DNA of 64,000 nucleotides from Marinovum sp. (GTDB taxonomy: Bacteria; Pseudomonadota; Alphaproteobacteria; Rhodobacterales; Rhodobacteraceae), in contig NZGN01000018.1 in NCBI GenBank assembly GCA_002691045.1, positions 14,785 through 78,784 on the forward strand, written 5' to 3'. How positions within the stretch are numbered: position 1 is the first letter of the stretch; each line of letters opens with the position of its first letter. The notes beneath the pieces were generated by a model. The model was given only the letters and a program-made list of their open reading frames with translations, had not been told where the DNA came from and ran no database searches. The translations under genes and the position numbers were made by a program. Positions 9,867 to 20,243 of the stretch are shown piece by piece.

Positions 9867-11387
9867 TTATCGTAGTCTTTGACCATTTGCATAAATCTTA
9901 CCCTTTTCATCTATTTCAAATTCAGAAATTAAGGTATCATCTTCTACTGCTCGCATCAGTAACGCTAACATCATCCTAGCACCCATTATGGTTTCAGATG
10001 GAAATAATTGCATCCCTTCAAGTCGCTCCATGAATGCATTGGAGCCTTGTATTTTCAAAGAGCCTTTCCCCATCGGCCTGGGTATACCATCAAAGGTTTG
10101 GAAATCTTCATTATCAAACTCAAAGTCTCCGTTGGCTTCAACTGTTACTCCAAAGGCATCAAGGAGAAAATCGTTAAGCTTAAAACTCAAAATTTGACCA
10201 ATCTCTAAAGGATTGAGGTTTTGATTTCCTATTATTGCTTCACTGGTTAATCCCTCAACCAACACTGTTGATCCTTCAATATCAAACTCCAAAGTCGCTG
10301 GCTGATTTAGCATTACATTATTGGCATCAAAAAAATTCCAAATAGTATCAGACAGATTTAAACCAGACAGCTTGATACTCATTCCAAATTCTTGTTCACC
10401 AGTTTTGACCAGAAGTGGAATGTTTACTGCTGCACCAAATTCTTGGAAATCCAATTCAAAATCCCACCCATTAGATGGCACTTTGAAATTCAACACCGTC
10501 TTTTGATTATCTGACTGAATAATCAAGCCTGCCTCTGAAATTGCATTTGTCAAAGACGCAGGGCCTGATGAAAATGAAAGTGATAATGGTCCACCAGGCG
10601 CATTTGCGTTCAAAACCAATTCACTTTTGTCAAAACCTAAATTGGAGGTTGAAGAAAAGCCTTTTTCCAAAGCCAGCTCAAAATCTTCATCAATGGGGAC
10701 TTCAGGCTCATTTGAAACTGAAGAAGATTTCAGTTGATCCATGACATATTGAAAACTCAGCTCCAGTGGGATACTGAGCAAATTTACACCGCCTTTTATT
10801 GAAGCGCCCGAGGCAGTAAGCATTGATTTAATTTCATTCGCCTCGCCACTTGTTGACTTAATTACAGACTTAATATCAGCCAAGACTAACTCCATCGTTG
10901 CTGTAAAGTCTGTCGAAGGAACACCGTTATCAAGCAGCTCAACCAATGCAAATCCAGCAGATGTCGCTGTCATTTCGTACAAAATTTTCTTAGGTTGGCC
11001 AGAAACTTTTAGTTCAAGCTCACGCGCTCGTATTAGGATATTAGCCTGAGTTCTATATCCAAAATCATCTTCGTTTATATATTGAACATTAATCTCTTGG
11101 GGCAAGTTTAGATAAATAAACCCATCGATTTTTTTATTTAAACTCAGACTCTCAACATCAAAAATAATATCTGTCTGTTCATCAACCTCAAGAACTATTT
11201 TCGCATCTCTTATGCTTAACTCTGATCCTAAAGAAACCTCTTCTCCAAAGACTTGGTAACCTCCAGTTTCCAATATTCTCTTTGTGTTCTCCCAAGCTTC
11301 CCTCGTGCTCAATTCGGCATGCGCCATTAGTGGCAATACTGCAAAGACACAGTTAAAATAAAACAACCTGAAAAATTTATTATACAT
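9867..11387 (-). CDS. Exported protein, DUF2125-like
   Basis: Signal peptide ending AHA, beta-rich acidic body and the C-terminal GARMML...IYANGQRLR ending seen in Rhodobacteraceae DUF2125 proteins. Confidence 0.6.
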   Translation of the reverse strand: MYNKFFRLFYFNCVFAVLPLMAHAELSTREAWENTKRILETGGYQVFGEEVSLGSELSIRDAKIVLEVDEQTDIIFDVESLSLNKKIDGFIYLNLPQEINVQYINEDDFGYRTQANILIRARELELKVSGQPKKILYEMTATSAGFALVELLDNGVPSTDFTATMELVLADIKSVIKSTSGEANEIKSMLTASGASIKGGVNLLSIPLELSFQYVMDQLKSSSVSNEPEVPIDEDFELALEKGFSSTSNLGFDKSELVLNANAPGGPLSLSFSSGPASLTNAISEAGLIIQSDNQKTVLNFKVPSNGWDFELDFQEFGAAVNIPLLVKTGEQEFGMSIKLSGLNLSDTIWNFFDANNVMLNQPATLEFDIEGSTVLVEGLTSEAIIGNQNLNPLEIGQILSFKLNDFLLDAFGVTVEANGDFEFDNEDFQTFDGIPRPMGKGSLKIQGSNAFMERLEGMQLFPSETIMGARMMLALLMRAVEDDTLISEFEIDEKGKIYANGQRLR

Positions 11388-11501
11388 ACATTACCCAAGT
11401 AATAATTAATTTGATAAATTGTGTTTAGGCTTCTTTAACACCAAGTTAAATATTATATAGTGTTATTCTAAATTTTTTCTTTTTTTTATGGATCCTAAAG
11501 C

Positions 11502-12254
11502 ATGATAAATTTAAATGGCAAAACAGTTTTAATTACAGGAGCCAGTCGCGGAATTGGAGAGGCAGCGGCCCAAACATTTATTGAAGCGGGTGCAAATGTA
11601 ATGTTAACCGCACGAGACTTGAGCAAACTAAAAACAATAAAAAAAGATTTAGGCGATAGAGCAGAGTTTTTCGCAGGAGATATCGCCAACCCTAACTTTG
11701 TTAATGAACTTGTAGATTTTTGTTTTCAGCATTTTGGTGCTCTAGATATCCTAATTAATAATGCAGGCACAATTCTGCCTATCGGACGTATCCATGAGAT
11801 TAGCCCGGCAGAATGGTCTAATGTAATTGATACAAATCTCAAAAGTGTTTTTTACACTGTAAATGCCGTTTTACCTAAGATGATTGAAAAACGAGAGGGA
11901 ACCATTCTAAATGTGAGTTCTGGAGCGGCGCATAATCCACTCAAGGCTTGGAGCCATTATTGTTCTTCAAAAGCTGGCGCGGCAATGCTGACTAAGTGCC
12001 TACATAATGAATATTTTCAATATGGAATTAGATCAATGGGTCTTTCACCTGGTACCGTTGCTACCCAAATGCAGGCTGAAATAAAAGAAAGCGGAATAAA
12101 TCAGGTGAGCAAATTAGATTGGAGTGTGCATATACCTGCTGATTGGCCTGCTAGAGCTCTTCTATGGATGTGTGGCAACGAGGCAAACGAATTCATTGGA
12201 AAAGAGGTTTCTTTGCGCGACGAAGTCATACGTAGGAAGGTAAAACTAATTTGA
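11502..12254 (+). CDS. SDR family oxidoreductase
   Basis: TGASRGIG, NNAG and YCSSK motifs. Confidence 0.88.
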   Translation: MINLNGKTVLITGASRGIGEAAAQTFIEAGANVMLTARDLSKLKTIKKDLGDRAEFFAGDIANPNFVNELVDFCFQHFGALDILINNAGTILPIGRIHEISPAEWSNVIDTNLKSVFYTVNAVLPKMIEKREGTILNVSSGAAHNPLKAWSHYCSSKAGAAMLTKCLHNEYFQYGIRSMGLSPGTVATQMQAEIKESGINQVSKLDWSVHIPADWPARALLWMCGNEANEFIGKEVSLRDEVIRRKVKLI

Positions 12255-12862
12255 TTACATTACAAAAGCATAAAAATGATGTTTGGGAGATAAAAATAAA
12301 TCGCCCAGAAAAAGCTAATTCCCTTTCATCTTCTATGTTAGAAGAGCTGTTATCTATTTTTGATAAAGCCTCTGAAGCTCGGGGGGTTGTCTTAACAGGC
12401 CAAGGGACGACCTTCAGTGCTGGAGCAGACTTAAATGAAGTAAAATCTGGATTAGCAATTTCTCCAATTTGGGAAAAATTATCAGAAAAGATTGCAAGAC
12501 TAAATTGCATTACGATAGCCGCTTTGAATGGTACCGTAGCAGGAGGCGCATTTGGAATGATCTTAGCTTGTGACATTAGAATTTGCGTGCCTAAAGCAAG
12601 ATTTTTCTACCCCGTGATGAAAATGGGATTTTTGCCCCAACCGTCTGACCCAAAGAGACTTATTCGTCTAATCGGCCCCAGTCGAGCAAAATTAATGCTG
12701 GTTTCTGGTGAAAAGCTTGATGCCGACACAGCCTACCGATTTGGTTTGGTCGATGAAATTGTTGAAGACGAAGAACTGATAGATCGAGCTCATACTTTAC
12801 TTTCAGCTTCTTTATCAGCAAATCAAAATCACGTATCAAGCATAAAAAAATTATTAAGTTAA
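12251..12862 (+). CDS. Enoyl-CoA hydratase/isomerase family protein
   Basis: NRPEKANSL, FSAGADL, ALNG...GG and CDIRI motifs. TTG start overlaps the upstream stop. Confidence 0.85.
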   Translation: MITLQKHKNDVWEIKINRPEKANSLSSSMLEELLSIFDKASEARGVVLTGQGTTFSAGADLNEVKSGLAISPIWEKLSEKIARLNCITIAALNGTVAGGAFGMILACDIRICVPKARFFYPVMKMGFLPQPSDPKRLIRLIGPSRAKLMLVSGEKLDADTAYRFGLVDEIVEDEELIDRAHTLLSASLSANQNHVSSIKKLLS

Positions 12863-13153
12863 GTTCTTCTTTTCTTGGGAACCTTTGACAAAAAGTTTGC
12901 TGGTCGCTTAGCCACCCATTTAAAAAAATTTGAAAGTCTTGGATGGGCTTTCAAAGCTTCAACAGAATTAAAGTGTTGCGCCAGCTCACCTTCAGACAGC
13001 GCCGCGTGAATTTCTTTGTGACAAATATGATGAAGCAAAATAGTAGGACCCTTCTTTCCTCCCTTAAGTTTTGGGATCAAGTGATGAAAACTTTGCGGCA
13101 CTTCAGGTGGAATGTTACGCAAACATAATGGGCAAATCGGTATTTTTTTTCAT
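12859..13153 (-). CDS. Small HNH endonuclease-like protein, start apparently out of frame at an A8 run
   Basis: CPLC...HHLIPK.KGG...HHICHKEIH. The CPLC lies upstream of the called TTG (13122) and the nearest ATG (13153) is one base out of frame. Confidence 0.65.
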
Positions 13154-13260
13154 GCTTTTCCATAAAATTCATTCCTGTCATTTAACTCATATTTCAGATA
13201 ACAAATCAAATACCCTACCTATATAATTAATTATAATTTGATAAGGAATAAGGACCTTTT

Positions 13261-14430
13261 ATGGAAGATGTACTAATTGTTGGCGGTGGCCCAGCTGGCC
13301 TGATGGCAGCAGATTATCTTAGTAAATTAAACTTAAAGATCACCATCGTAGACCAAATGCCAACAATGGGTAGAAAGTTTTTGATGGCAGGCAAATCTGG
13401 ATTAAATTTAACCAAAGATGAACCATTGGACGTGTTTTTAAAAAATTTTTCCAATAATAACCCCCAGTTAATTGATGCTTTGAAAAACTTCACCCCATCT
13501 GATGTAGCAGAATGGGCAAATTCATTAGGAATTGACCTTTTCACAGGGAGCACAGGAAGGGTTTTTCCCACTCAAATGAAAGCATCACCTTTACTCAGAG
13601 CCTGGCTCACTCAATTAGACAAAAGAGGCGTCAAAAGGAGACATAAAAGGCAGGCTATATCTTTGATGAATGAATCTCTAATTTTCAAAACTGAAAACGG
13701 CAACGAAATAATTGCCGCAAAAAGCATATTATTTTCAATGGGTGGAGCAAGTTGGAAACGTCTTGGATCTGACGGGAATTGGCTCAATTGGTTGACTAGT
13801 GTCGAAAATGAAAAATTCAGCGCCTCAAATGTTGGCTTAAAAATAAAGTGGAGCCCACACATAGAAAAGCATTTTGGCCAACCAGTAAAAGCAATCTCCT
13901 TAAAAGCAGGCTCAATAAAATCTCAAGGAGAAATTATTATCACTGAAACTGGTATAGAAGGAGGCGGAATATATTCATTGTCACCAGCGCTTAATAAGGG
14001 AGAGGAAGTCTTTTTAGATCTTCTTCCAGATTGGAGTGAAAAACGACTTTTTGAAGCCCTCCAAAAGCCAATCGGCAAGTCAAGTTGGTCAAATTATCTC
14101 AGAAAAGTATTTAATCTAAATGCTGTAAAACAGTCACTTTTAAGAGAATTCTCCTTAAATTCTTTCTCAAAAGAGCATCTCTCAGTTAATCTAAAACACC
14201 TTCTTGTTAAGCATGCAGGGCCAGACGATATGGACAAAGCAATATCAACAGCTGGTGGTGTTTGTTTTGATCAATTGGACTCACATTTAATGCTGTATAA
14301 AAAGCCCGGGATATTTTTTGCTGGGGAAATGCTGAATTGGGATGCCCCCACTGGAGGCTATTTAATTACCGCTGCTCTTGCTACGGGGCATTGGTCTGCA
14401 AAAGGAATCGAAAAATTTTTGTTAAGATAA
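13261..14430 (+). CDS. HI0933/BaiN-like flavoprotein (TIGR03862 family)
   Basis: GGGPAGLMAA, GRKFLMAGKSGLNLT, GSTGRVFP, AISTAGGV and GEML.WDAPTGGYL motifs. Confidence 0.88.
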   Translation: MEDVLIVGGGPAGLMAADYLSKLNLKITIVDQMPTMGRKFLMAGKSGLNLTKDEPLDVFLKNFSNNNPQLIDALKNFTPSDVAEWANSLGIDLFTGSTGRVFPTQMKASPLLRAWLTQLDKRGVKRRHKRQAISLMNESLIFKTENGNEIIAAKSILFSMGGASWKRLGSDGNWLNWLTSVENEKFSASNVGLKIKWSPHIEKHFGQPVKAISLKAGSIKSQGEIIITETGIEGGGIYSLSPALNKGEEVFLDLLPDWSEKRLFEALQKPIGKSSWSNYLRKVFNLNAVKQSLLREFSLNSFSKEHLSVNLKHLLVKHAGPDDMDKAISTAGGVCFDQLDSHLMLYKKPGIFFAGEMLNWDAPTGGYLITAALATGHWSAKGIEKFLLR

Positions 14431-15012
14431 CCTTTTAATTAATCTTTTTACTGCGGGGCGATCGTAACATAAATTTATATACTCGTTGAAACTTTCATTC
14501 TCCAAAGGGAATTTTGCAGAGCGGGCCCAGCGCCCGCAATGGGCTAGAATAATATCAGGAAGCATGAACTCCTCTCCCATTAAAAACTTCCCACGCCGTT
14601 CATTCATTATGTTATCTATATTTTTTTGAAACTCCCATTTAAGGCTCGGTTTAATAGCAGCTACCCGCATGTCCTCAGGCAAAATAAAACTATGGCGCGC
14701 CGCGCCCCAAAGCATCATATCCACTTCATCAATTATTCTAAAAACCATGGCATCTTGCCGTGCCCGCTCAATCGAACCACTTGGAAAGCATAGCTGTTCA
14801 TGTTTATCACCGAGATATGAGATTATAGCAGAACTATCACTAAGAATTTCTTCTCCGTCCATTAAGACTGGAACTTTACCTGACCTATTTAAGTTTTTGA
14901 CTTCTTGGCTTCCGGGCTTCAAAGAAAAATGTTGATATTCTATCTCTATTTCCTCAAGCATCCATATTACGCGGAATGCTCTACTTTGTGGAATGCCAAA
15001 TACTTTATACAA
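14422..15012 (-). CDS. Glutathione S-transferase family protein
   Basis: SRAFRVIWMLEE, N.SGKVPVL.DG...LSDS.AI and F...DI motifs. Confidence 0.88.
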   Translation of the reverse strand: MYKVFGIPQSRAFRVIWMLEEIEIEYQHFSLKPGSQEVKNLNRSGKVPVLMDGEEILSDSSAIISYLGDKHEQLCFPSGSIERARQDAMVFRIIDEVDMMLWGAARHSFILPEDMRVAAIKPSLKWEFQKNIDNIMNERRGKFLMGEEFMLPDIILAHCGRWARSAKFPLENESFNEYINLCYDRPAVKRLIKRLS

Positions 15013-15146
15013 AAATTTTTATCCTAATTTTCCAACCAACCAAAAGATTTATTTCCTGATTTTATAGATACTAATATATGGGCAAAGTGAGGTGTTCTGC
15101 AATTTGACATTTTAGAATCGGAATAAATTATGCTAAATATAGTACT

Positions 15147-17015
15147 ATGATTGTTGAAAAACACAAAATACGGCATGATCAACCTGTCATTAAGCAACTT
15201 GATGAAACGGCAATAAATCGTATTGCAGCGGGGGAAGTAGTCGAGAGACCTTCCTCAGCTGTAAAAGAACTTATCGAAAATTCAATTGATGCTGGTGCTA
15301 AAAGTGTTTCAATTGATATCGCCGACGGAGGGAAAACTTTAATTCGTGTCATAGATGATGGCTGCGGCATGACGCCGACGGATCTTCCTTTGGCAGTATC
15401 GCGTCATGCAACATCAAAATTAAGTAGTGACGATTTATTTGATATTTCAACATTCGGCTTTAGAGGAGAGGCTTTGCCATCGCTAGGTGCTGTCAGCAGA
15501 TTGAATATAAAAACAAAAGGTATCGAAACTGAGGGCGCAGAACTTACGATCGAAGCTGGTTTAACTTCTAAAGTAAAACCAATTGCGTTAAATCGTGGGT
15601 CTGTAATTGAATTGAGAGATTTATTTTACGCTACTCCAGCTCGATTAAAGTTTTTGAGAACTGATCGCACGGAACTTCAAGAGATTAACAAAATTGTAAA
15701 GAGTGTGGCAATAGCTTACCCATATATTAGCTTTAAGCTAAGAGATATAAGTGATACCAGAGATCGAATAATTTTCAGTGCAATTGCAGAGTCGGGAAAT
15801 CTTGATGATGCGCTCAGAAAAAGAATTTCAAAAGTTGTAGATAGCTCTTTCGTTGAAAACTCTTGTGCTATTAGAGCCGAACGTGAACATTTTAGATTGT
15901 CTGGGTTTGCTGCTCTTCCAACTTTTTCCCGAGGATCAACTAATCTTCAGCACATTTATATAAATCAAAGACCTGTTAAAGATAAAATACTTATTGGGGC
16001 CATCAAGGCTGCCTATTCAGATTTTCTAGCGAAGGACCGTTATCCAGCCGTTGTACTATTTTTAGAGTGTGCGCCTCATTTGGTTGATGTAAATGTGCAC
16101 CCGTCCAAGTTAGAGGTACGTTTTAGAGAACCTGGTACAGTAAGAGGCCTAGTCATTTCTGCTATTCGACATGCTTTAGCCGAAGCTGGTCATAGAGCTT
16201 CTTCCACAATTGCAGATAGTGCATTGGGTGCAATGAGCGTGAATAGTGCTTTCCCTAACTCTATGTATCAGATGAATATCAAGAAAAATCGATCAGGAGA
16301 ATTTTCTTCAGATCTAGTCATCGAAAAATCTGAAACTGGCCAAACAGATAGCTTTGGGACCCTCGACCTTGGAGAATTAGAAACTCCTTCTAGTAGCATC
16401 GCTAATGAGAGCAAGGACGAAAGATTATCTGCAAAATTCCCACTTGGTGCAGCTCGCGGACAAGTTCATGAAAACTATATAATTGCACAAACAAAAGATA
16501 GTGTCGTGATTGTTGACCAACATGCAGCACACGAAAGGTTAGTCTACGAAAAACTAAAAAAAGAAATGGAAAATAACGGGGTTAAACGGCAAGTTCTTTT
16601 AATACCCGAAGTTATTGCAATGTCTAATCCTGATGTTGAACGTTTAATTGTAGAAAAGGATCATATTCTGAAGTCTGGGTTGGCAATTGAAGCATTTGGC
16701 GAAAATGCAATCATCGTTCATGAGACACCAGTCCTTTTAGGAGATTTTGATGTAAAATCGATTATTTTGGATATACTTGATGAATTGTCTAACAATGGCG
16801 AAAGTAAAAAATTAGAGGAAGAACTCACTTCAATACTTAGTCGGAAAGCATGTCATGGTTCAATAAGATCAGGCCGTAGACTTAATCAAGAAGAAATGAA
16901 TGCGCTCTTACGGGAAATGGAAATTACACCATATTCTGGACAGTGTAATCATGGCAGACCAACTTATATTGAATTAAAGTTATCAGACATTGAGAGGTTG
17001 TTTGGAAGAACATGA
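15147..17015 (+). CDS. mutL: DNA mismatch repair endonuclease MutL
   Basis: IAAGEVVERP, GFRGEAL, DQHAAHER, ACHGSIR and CNHGRP motifs. Confidence 0.97.
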   Translation: MIVEKHKIRHDQPVIKQLDETAINRIAAGEVVERPSSAVKELIENSIDAGAKSVSIDIADGGKTLIRVIDDGCGMTPTDLPLAVSRHATSKLSSDDLFDISTFGFRGEALPSLGAVSRLNIKTKGIETEGAELTIEAGLTSKVKPIALNRGSVIELRDLFYATPARLKFLRTDRTELQEINKIVKSVAIAYPYISFKLRDISDTRDRIIFSAIAESGNLDDALRKRISKVVDSSFVENSCAIRAEREHFRLSGFAALPTFSRGSTNLQHIYINQRPVKDKILIGAIKAAYSDFLAKDRYPAVVLFLECAPHLVDVNVHPSKLEVRFREPGTVRGLVISAIRHALAEAGHRASSTIADSALGAMSVNSAFPNSMYQMNIKKNRSGEFSSDLVIEKSETGQTDSFGTLDLGELETPSSSIANESKDERLSAKFPLGAARGQVHENYIIAQTKDSVVIVDQHAAHERLVYEKLKKEMENNGVKRQVLLIPEVIAMSNPDVERLIVEKDHILKSGLAIEAFGENAIIVHETPVLLGDFDVKSIILDILDELSNNGESKKLEEELTSILSRKACHGSIRSGRRLNQEEMNALLREMEITPYSGQCNHGRPTYIELKLSDIERLFGRT

Positions 17016-18157
17016 CAGAAATGACACTCTCACCACTATTGTTATTTTTAACTCTCATACTAACTATTTTTATCGTTGCAGCACTATATTTATTGTTACG
17101 AGTTAAGGCAAAATCTACAACCTCTAATGACCCTATCATTGATAATCTAAATCTTTTTGGTGAGAAAATTCAAAAGTTAAGTGAAGGGCAAGAACGCCTG
17201 ACAGGTGGGCTACAAACTGTCTCTGAAGCACAAGCTAAGGCACAATTATCTTTAATCAATATGATGGAAGAAAGGCTTTCGAAGGTTCAACTGCAAATGA
17301 GTGAAAACCTGTCACATTCTTCGCGAAGAACAGCACAATCGCTTGGTGATTTACAACAACGCCTCGCGACCATCGACAAAGCACAAGAAAAAATAACAAA
17401 ATTATCGGGAGATGTCCTTAGCCTTCAAGATATTTTGTCAAACAAACAAACAAGAGGTGCGTTCGGCGAAATTCAACTTACAGACATAGTTTCAAAAGCT
17501 TTGCCCAGTGATGGCTTCGACTTACAAGCGACGCTATCTAATGGGAGAAGAGCCGATTGCTTGATTAAATTACCGAACCCACCAGGACCAATTGTTATCG
17601 ATAGTAAATTTCCACTGGAGGCCTATGAAGCTCTTAGAAATGCATCCTCTGAGGTAGAAACATCTGCCGCTGTGCGATTGTTCAGAACATCCGTTAGAAA
17701 ACATATCAAAGATATTTCTGAAAGATATATTATAGAGGGAGAGACTGCAGACGGTGCAATACTATTTTTACCCTCAGAGGCAGTGTATGCAGAATTACAT
17801 GCAAACTATTCGGAAATTGTCAGAGAAGGTTTTTCTGCAAGAGTTTGGATAGTTTCACCCACAACTTGCATGGCAACACTGAATACAATGCGCGCTATTC
17901 TTAAAGATGCACGCATGCGTGAGCAAGCCGGTGCGATTAGAAAAGAATTAACGTCATTGTATCAAGATGTGGATCGCTTGGGAGTAAGGGTAGAAAGCTT
18001 AGATCGACATTTTAATCAAGCTGCAAAAGATATTTCAGACATAAAGATAAGTGCTGACAAAGCCGGTCGGAGGGCAAAACGACTGGACAATTTTGATTTT
18101 GAAGAAATATCAAATGAAGATTTTGAAAAAGTTATTAAACTCGATGAAGTAAAATAG
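17012..18157 (+). CDS. rmuC: DNA recombination protein RmuC
   Basis: N-terminal TM, coiled coil, RGAFGE, IDSKFPL and VSPTT motifs. Confidence 0.92.
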   Translation: MTEMTLSPLLLFLTLILTIFIVAALYLLLRVKAKSTTSNDPIIDNLNLFGEKIQKLSEGQERLTGGLQTVSEAQAKAQLSLINMMEERLSKVQLQMSENLSHSSRRTAQSLGDLQQRLATIDKAQEKITKLSGDVLSLQDILSNKQTRGAFGEIQLTDIVSKALPSDGFDLQATLSNGRRADCLIKLPNPPGPIVIDSKFPLEAYEALRNASSEVETSAAVRLFRTSVRKHIKDISERYIIEGETADGAILFLPSEAVYAELHANYSEIVREGFSARVWIVSPTTCMATLNTMRAILKDARMREQAGAIRKELTSLYQDVDRLGVRVESLDRHFNQAAKDISDIKISADKAGRRAKRLDNFDFEEISNEDFEKVIKLDEVK

Positions 18158-18166
18158 GGTTTTATT

Positions 18167-19780
18167 TTAGGCAGGCGTTTGTGGTGAAAGTGCAAGCGGG
18201 TTTGTTTTTAATTCTATAATAGCTGGTTTTCCTGCAGATCTAGCTCGCTCAAACGCAGGCAGAAACTCAGCGGTTTTCTCTACAGTTTCGCCAAAACCTC
18301 CATATGACCGCGCAAGCGAAGCAAAATCAGGATTCAACATGTTTGTGCCAGAAGTTCTACCAGGATAAGTACGCTCTTGGTGCATCTTTATTGTTCCGTA
18401 AACTCCATTATTTGAAATAATTATGATAATGTTAGCTTTATACTGCACTGCTGTACCAAACTCTTGAATAGACATTTGCGCACAACCGTCACCAGCCAAA
18501 CAAACCACCTCAGTATTCGGACGCTCTAATTTAGCGCTGATTGCTGCGGGTATTCCATACCCCATAGATCCAGAAGTTGGGGCTAATTGGGTTTTAAATG
18601 ATTTATACTGAAAGTACCGATGTAACCAGGCAGCATAATTTCCTGCACCATTTGCCACAATAGCATCTTCTGCAAGGACTTCGTTTAATTGTAAAACTAT
18701 CTGCTCCATCTTTACTGAACCGGGAGTTTCATACGGCTCTCGCCAAGAATAATAGTTCTTACGTAATGGTGATAAATCTCTGTCTACACTCACTGATTGG
18801 TCCAATGCTGACTCCAAAAAATCAAAACTATTACAAGCTAGAGATATTTCAGGTGTGTACACACGACCTAATTCGTCAGGATCTGGATGTACGTGGATTA
18901 ACGGGTTTGCTGCATTTGGAACTTCCAGCAAACTATAACCACCCGTTGTGTTTTCACCAAGTCTGGCACCAACACATAAAATTAAATCTGCTGATTTAAT
19001 ATAACTCCCTAATTCTGGGTTAATAGCCAACCCTACATCACCCATGTAATTTGGATGTCTGTTATCCATAAAATCCTGACACCTAAAGGAAGTACCAACG
19101 GGAATTGACATGCGTTCAGACAGCTTTTCCAAATTATTTGCGGCTTTTTGGGACCACTTTGACCCGCCAACAATACAAAACGGTCGCTTTGCACGAGCAA
19201 TCTTTTCAATAATCTTTTTAACACTATCAAGATGTGCCCCTTGATTTACATCAACAACTGGTTTTGCATCATTAACTGAACAATCAGCAGATAAAATATC
19301 TTCTGGCAGTGCTAAAACAACTGGTCCTGGACGGCCAGAACATGCCACACTAAAAGCTCTTGCGATATACTCTGGAATTCGATCAGCCCTATCTATTTCT
19401 GCAACCCATTTTGCAAGTGGTTCGAACATTTTTCTGTATTCAATTTCCTGAAAAGCTTCTCGGTCACGCTGATCACTTGCTACTTGACCAATCAAAAGAA
19501 CCAGGGGGGTGCTGTCCTGAAATGCCACATGCACTCCCGAACATGCATTAGTTGCCCCAGGACCACGTGTAACAAAGGCGACGCCCGGTTTACCTGTCAG
19601 TTTTCCATAAGCTTCAGCCATCATAGTCACACCGCCTTCATGACGACCTACTATTGTTTCTATGTTGCTTTCAAACAAGCCATCCAGTGCTGCAAGGTAG
19701 CTTTCTCCAGGAATACAAAAAACTCGCTTAACGCCTTGGATTTTAAGTTGATCAATTAGAACTTTTCCACCGTGTCGCAT
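18167..19780 (-). CDS. Thiamine diphosphate-dependent enzyme, acetolactate synthase large subunit-like
   Basis: PGESYL, RHEGG, TRGPGATN, GSMGYG and GDG...NN ThDP motif. Confidence 0.85.
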   Translation of the reverse strand: MRHGGKVLIDQLKIQGVKRVFCIPGESYLAALDGLFESNIETIVGRHEGGVTMMAEAYGKLTGKPGVAFVTRGPGATNACSGVHVAFQDSTPLVLLIGQVASDQRDREAFQEIEYRKMFEPLAKWVAEIDRADRIPEYIARAFSVACSGRPGPVVLALPEDILSADCSVNDAKPVVDVNQGAHLDSVKKIIEKIARAKRPFCIVGGSKWSQKAANNLEKLSERMSIPVGTSFRCQDFMDNRHPNYMGDVGLAINPELGSYIKSADLILCVGARLGENTTGGYSLLEVPNAANPLIHVHPDPDELGRVYTPEISLACNSFDFLESALDQSVSVDRDLSPLRKNYYSWREPYETPGSVKMEQIVLQLNEVLAEDAIVANGAGNYAAWLHRYFQYKSFKTQLAPTSGSMGYGIPAAISAKLERPNTEVVCLAGDGCAQMSIQEFGTAVQYKANIIIIISNNGVYGTIKMHQERTYPGRTSGTNMLNPDFASLARSYGGFGETVEKTAEFLPAFERARSAGKPAIIELKTNPLALSPQTPA

Positions 19781-19819
19781 AAAATATTCAATTCACGCTG
19801 CTGTGTAATTTCGATAACT

Positions 19820-20131
19820 TCAATGGGTCCAAGCGCCGCGACGGTTAGTTGCAAAGTTTTCACCGTATCCACCTGAGCGAACATTAAACTTTCTTTGCTT
19901 TGGTTCAGAAATTTGAGCATCAATTCCATGTTCGCGAGCATAATCAATAGCAGCCTGTTTTGACCCAAACTTCAGTGTAACCTGTGCCTGTGTATCACCG
20001 GAAGACGTCCAACCCATCAAAGGATCAATTTCACTTGTAGTTTCCTGAATAAATTCCAGTACCCAAGATTTAGTTTTAGCCAGACCAGAAGACATAGCCG
20101 TTTTAGATGGTTTATAAATTCTCGCACGCAT
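19820..20131 (-). CDS. ETC complex I subunit (NDUFS4-like)
   Basis: ARIYKP...MSSG, W.LEF, DPLMGWTSSGDT and Y.ENF motifs. Confidence 0.9.
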   Translation of the reverse strand: MRARIYKPSKTAMSSGLAKTKSWVLEFIQETTSEIDPLMGWTSSGDTQAQVTLKFGSKQAAIDYAREHGIDAQISEPKQRKFNVRSGGYGENFATNRRGAWTH

Positions 20132-20243
20132 GGACAGACTCCCTTGATCGACCTATATATGCCAGTAAAGCTTATGACTATTCAAGGGTTAAGAACCACC
20201 CTTTGATAAGCAAAATAAAATTTTTAATCAAAGTGGGTTTATC

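Noticed and set aside
15104-15116. 13-mer TTGACATTTTAGA also present at 57223-57235
   Set aside because: A short AT-rich match in unrelated contexts, and in the second case oriented against the operon. Most likely chance.
19820-20131. Mitochondrial-like complex I accessory subunit
   Set aside because: NDUFS4 homologues are well known in Alphaproteobacteria.
20132-20243. LexA box upstream of uvrB
   Set aside because: No GTTC-N7-GTTC or GAAC-N7-GAAC alphaproteobacterial SOS motif is present, only a weak imperfect inverted repeat.
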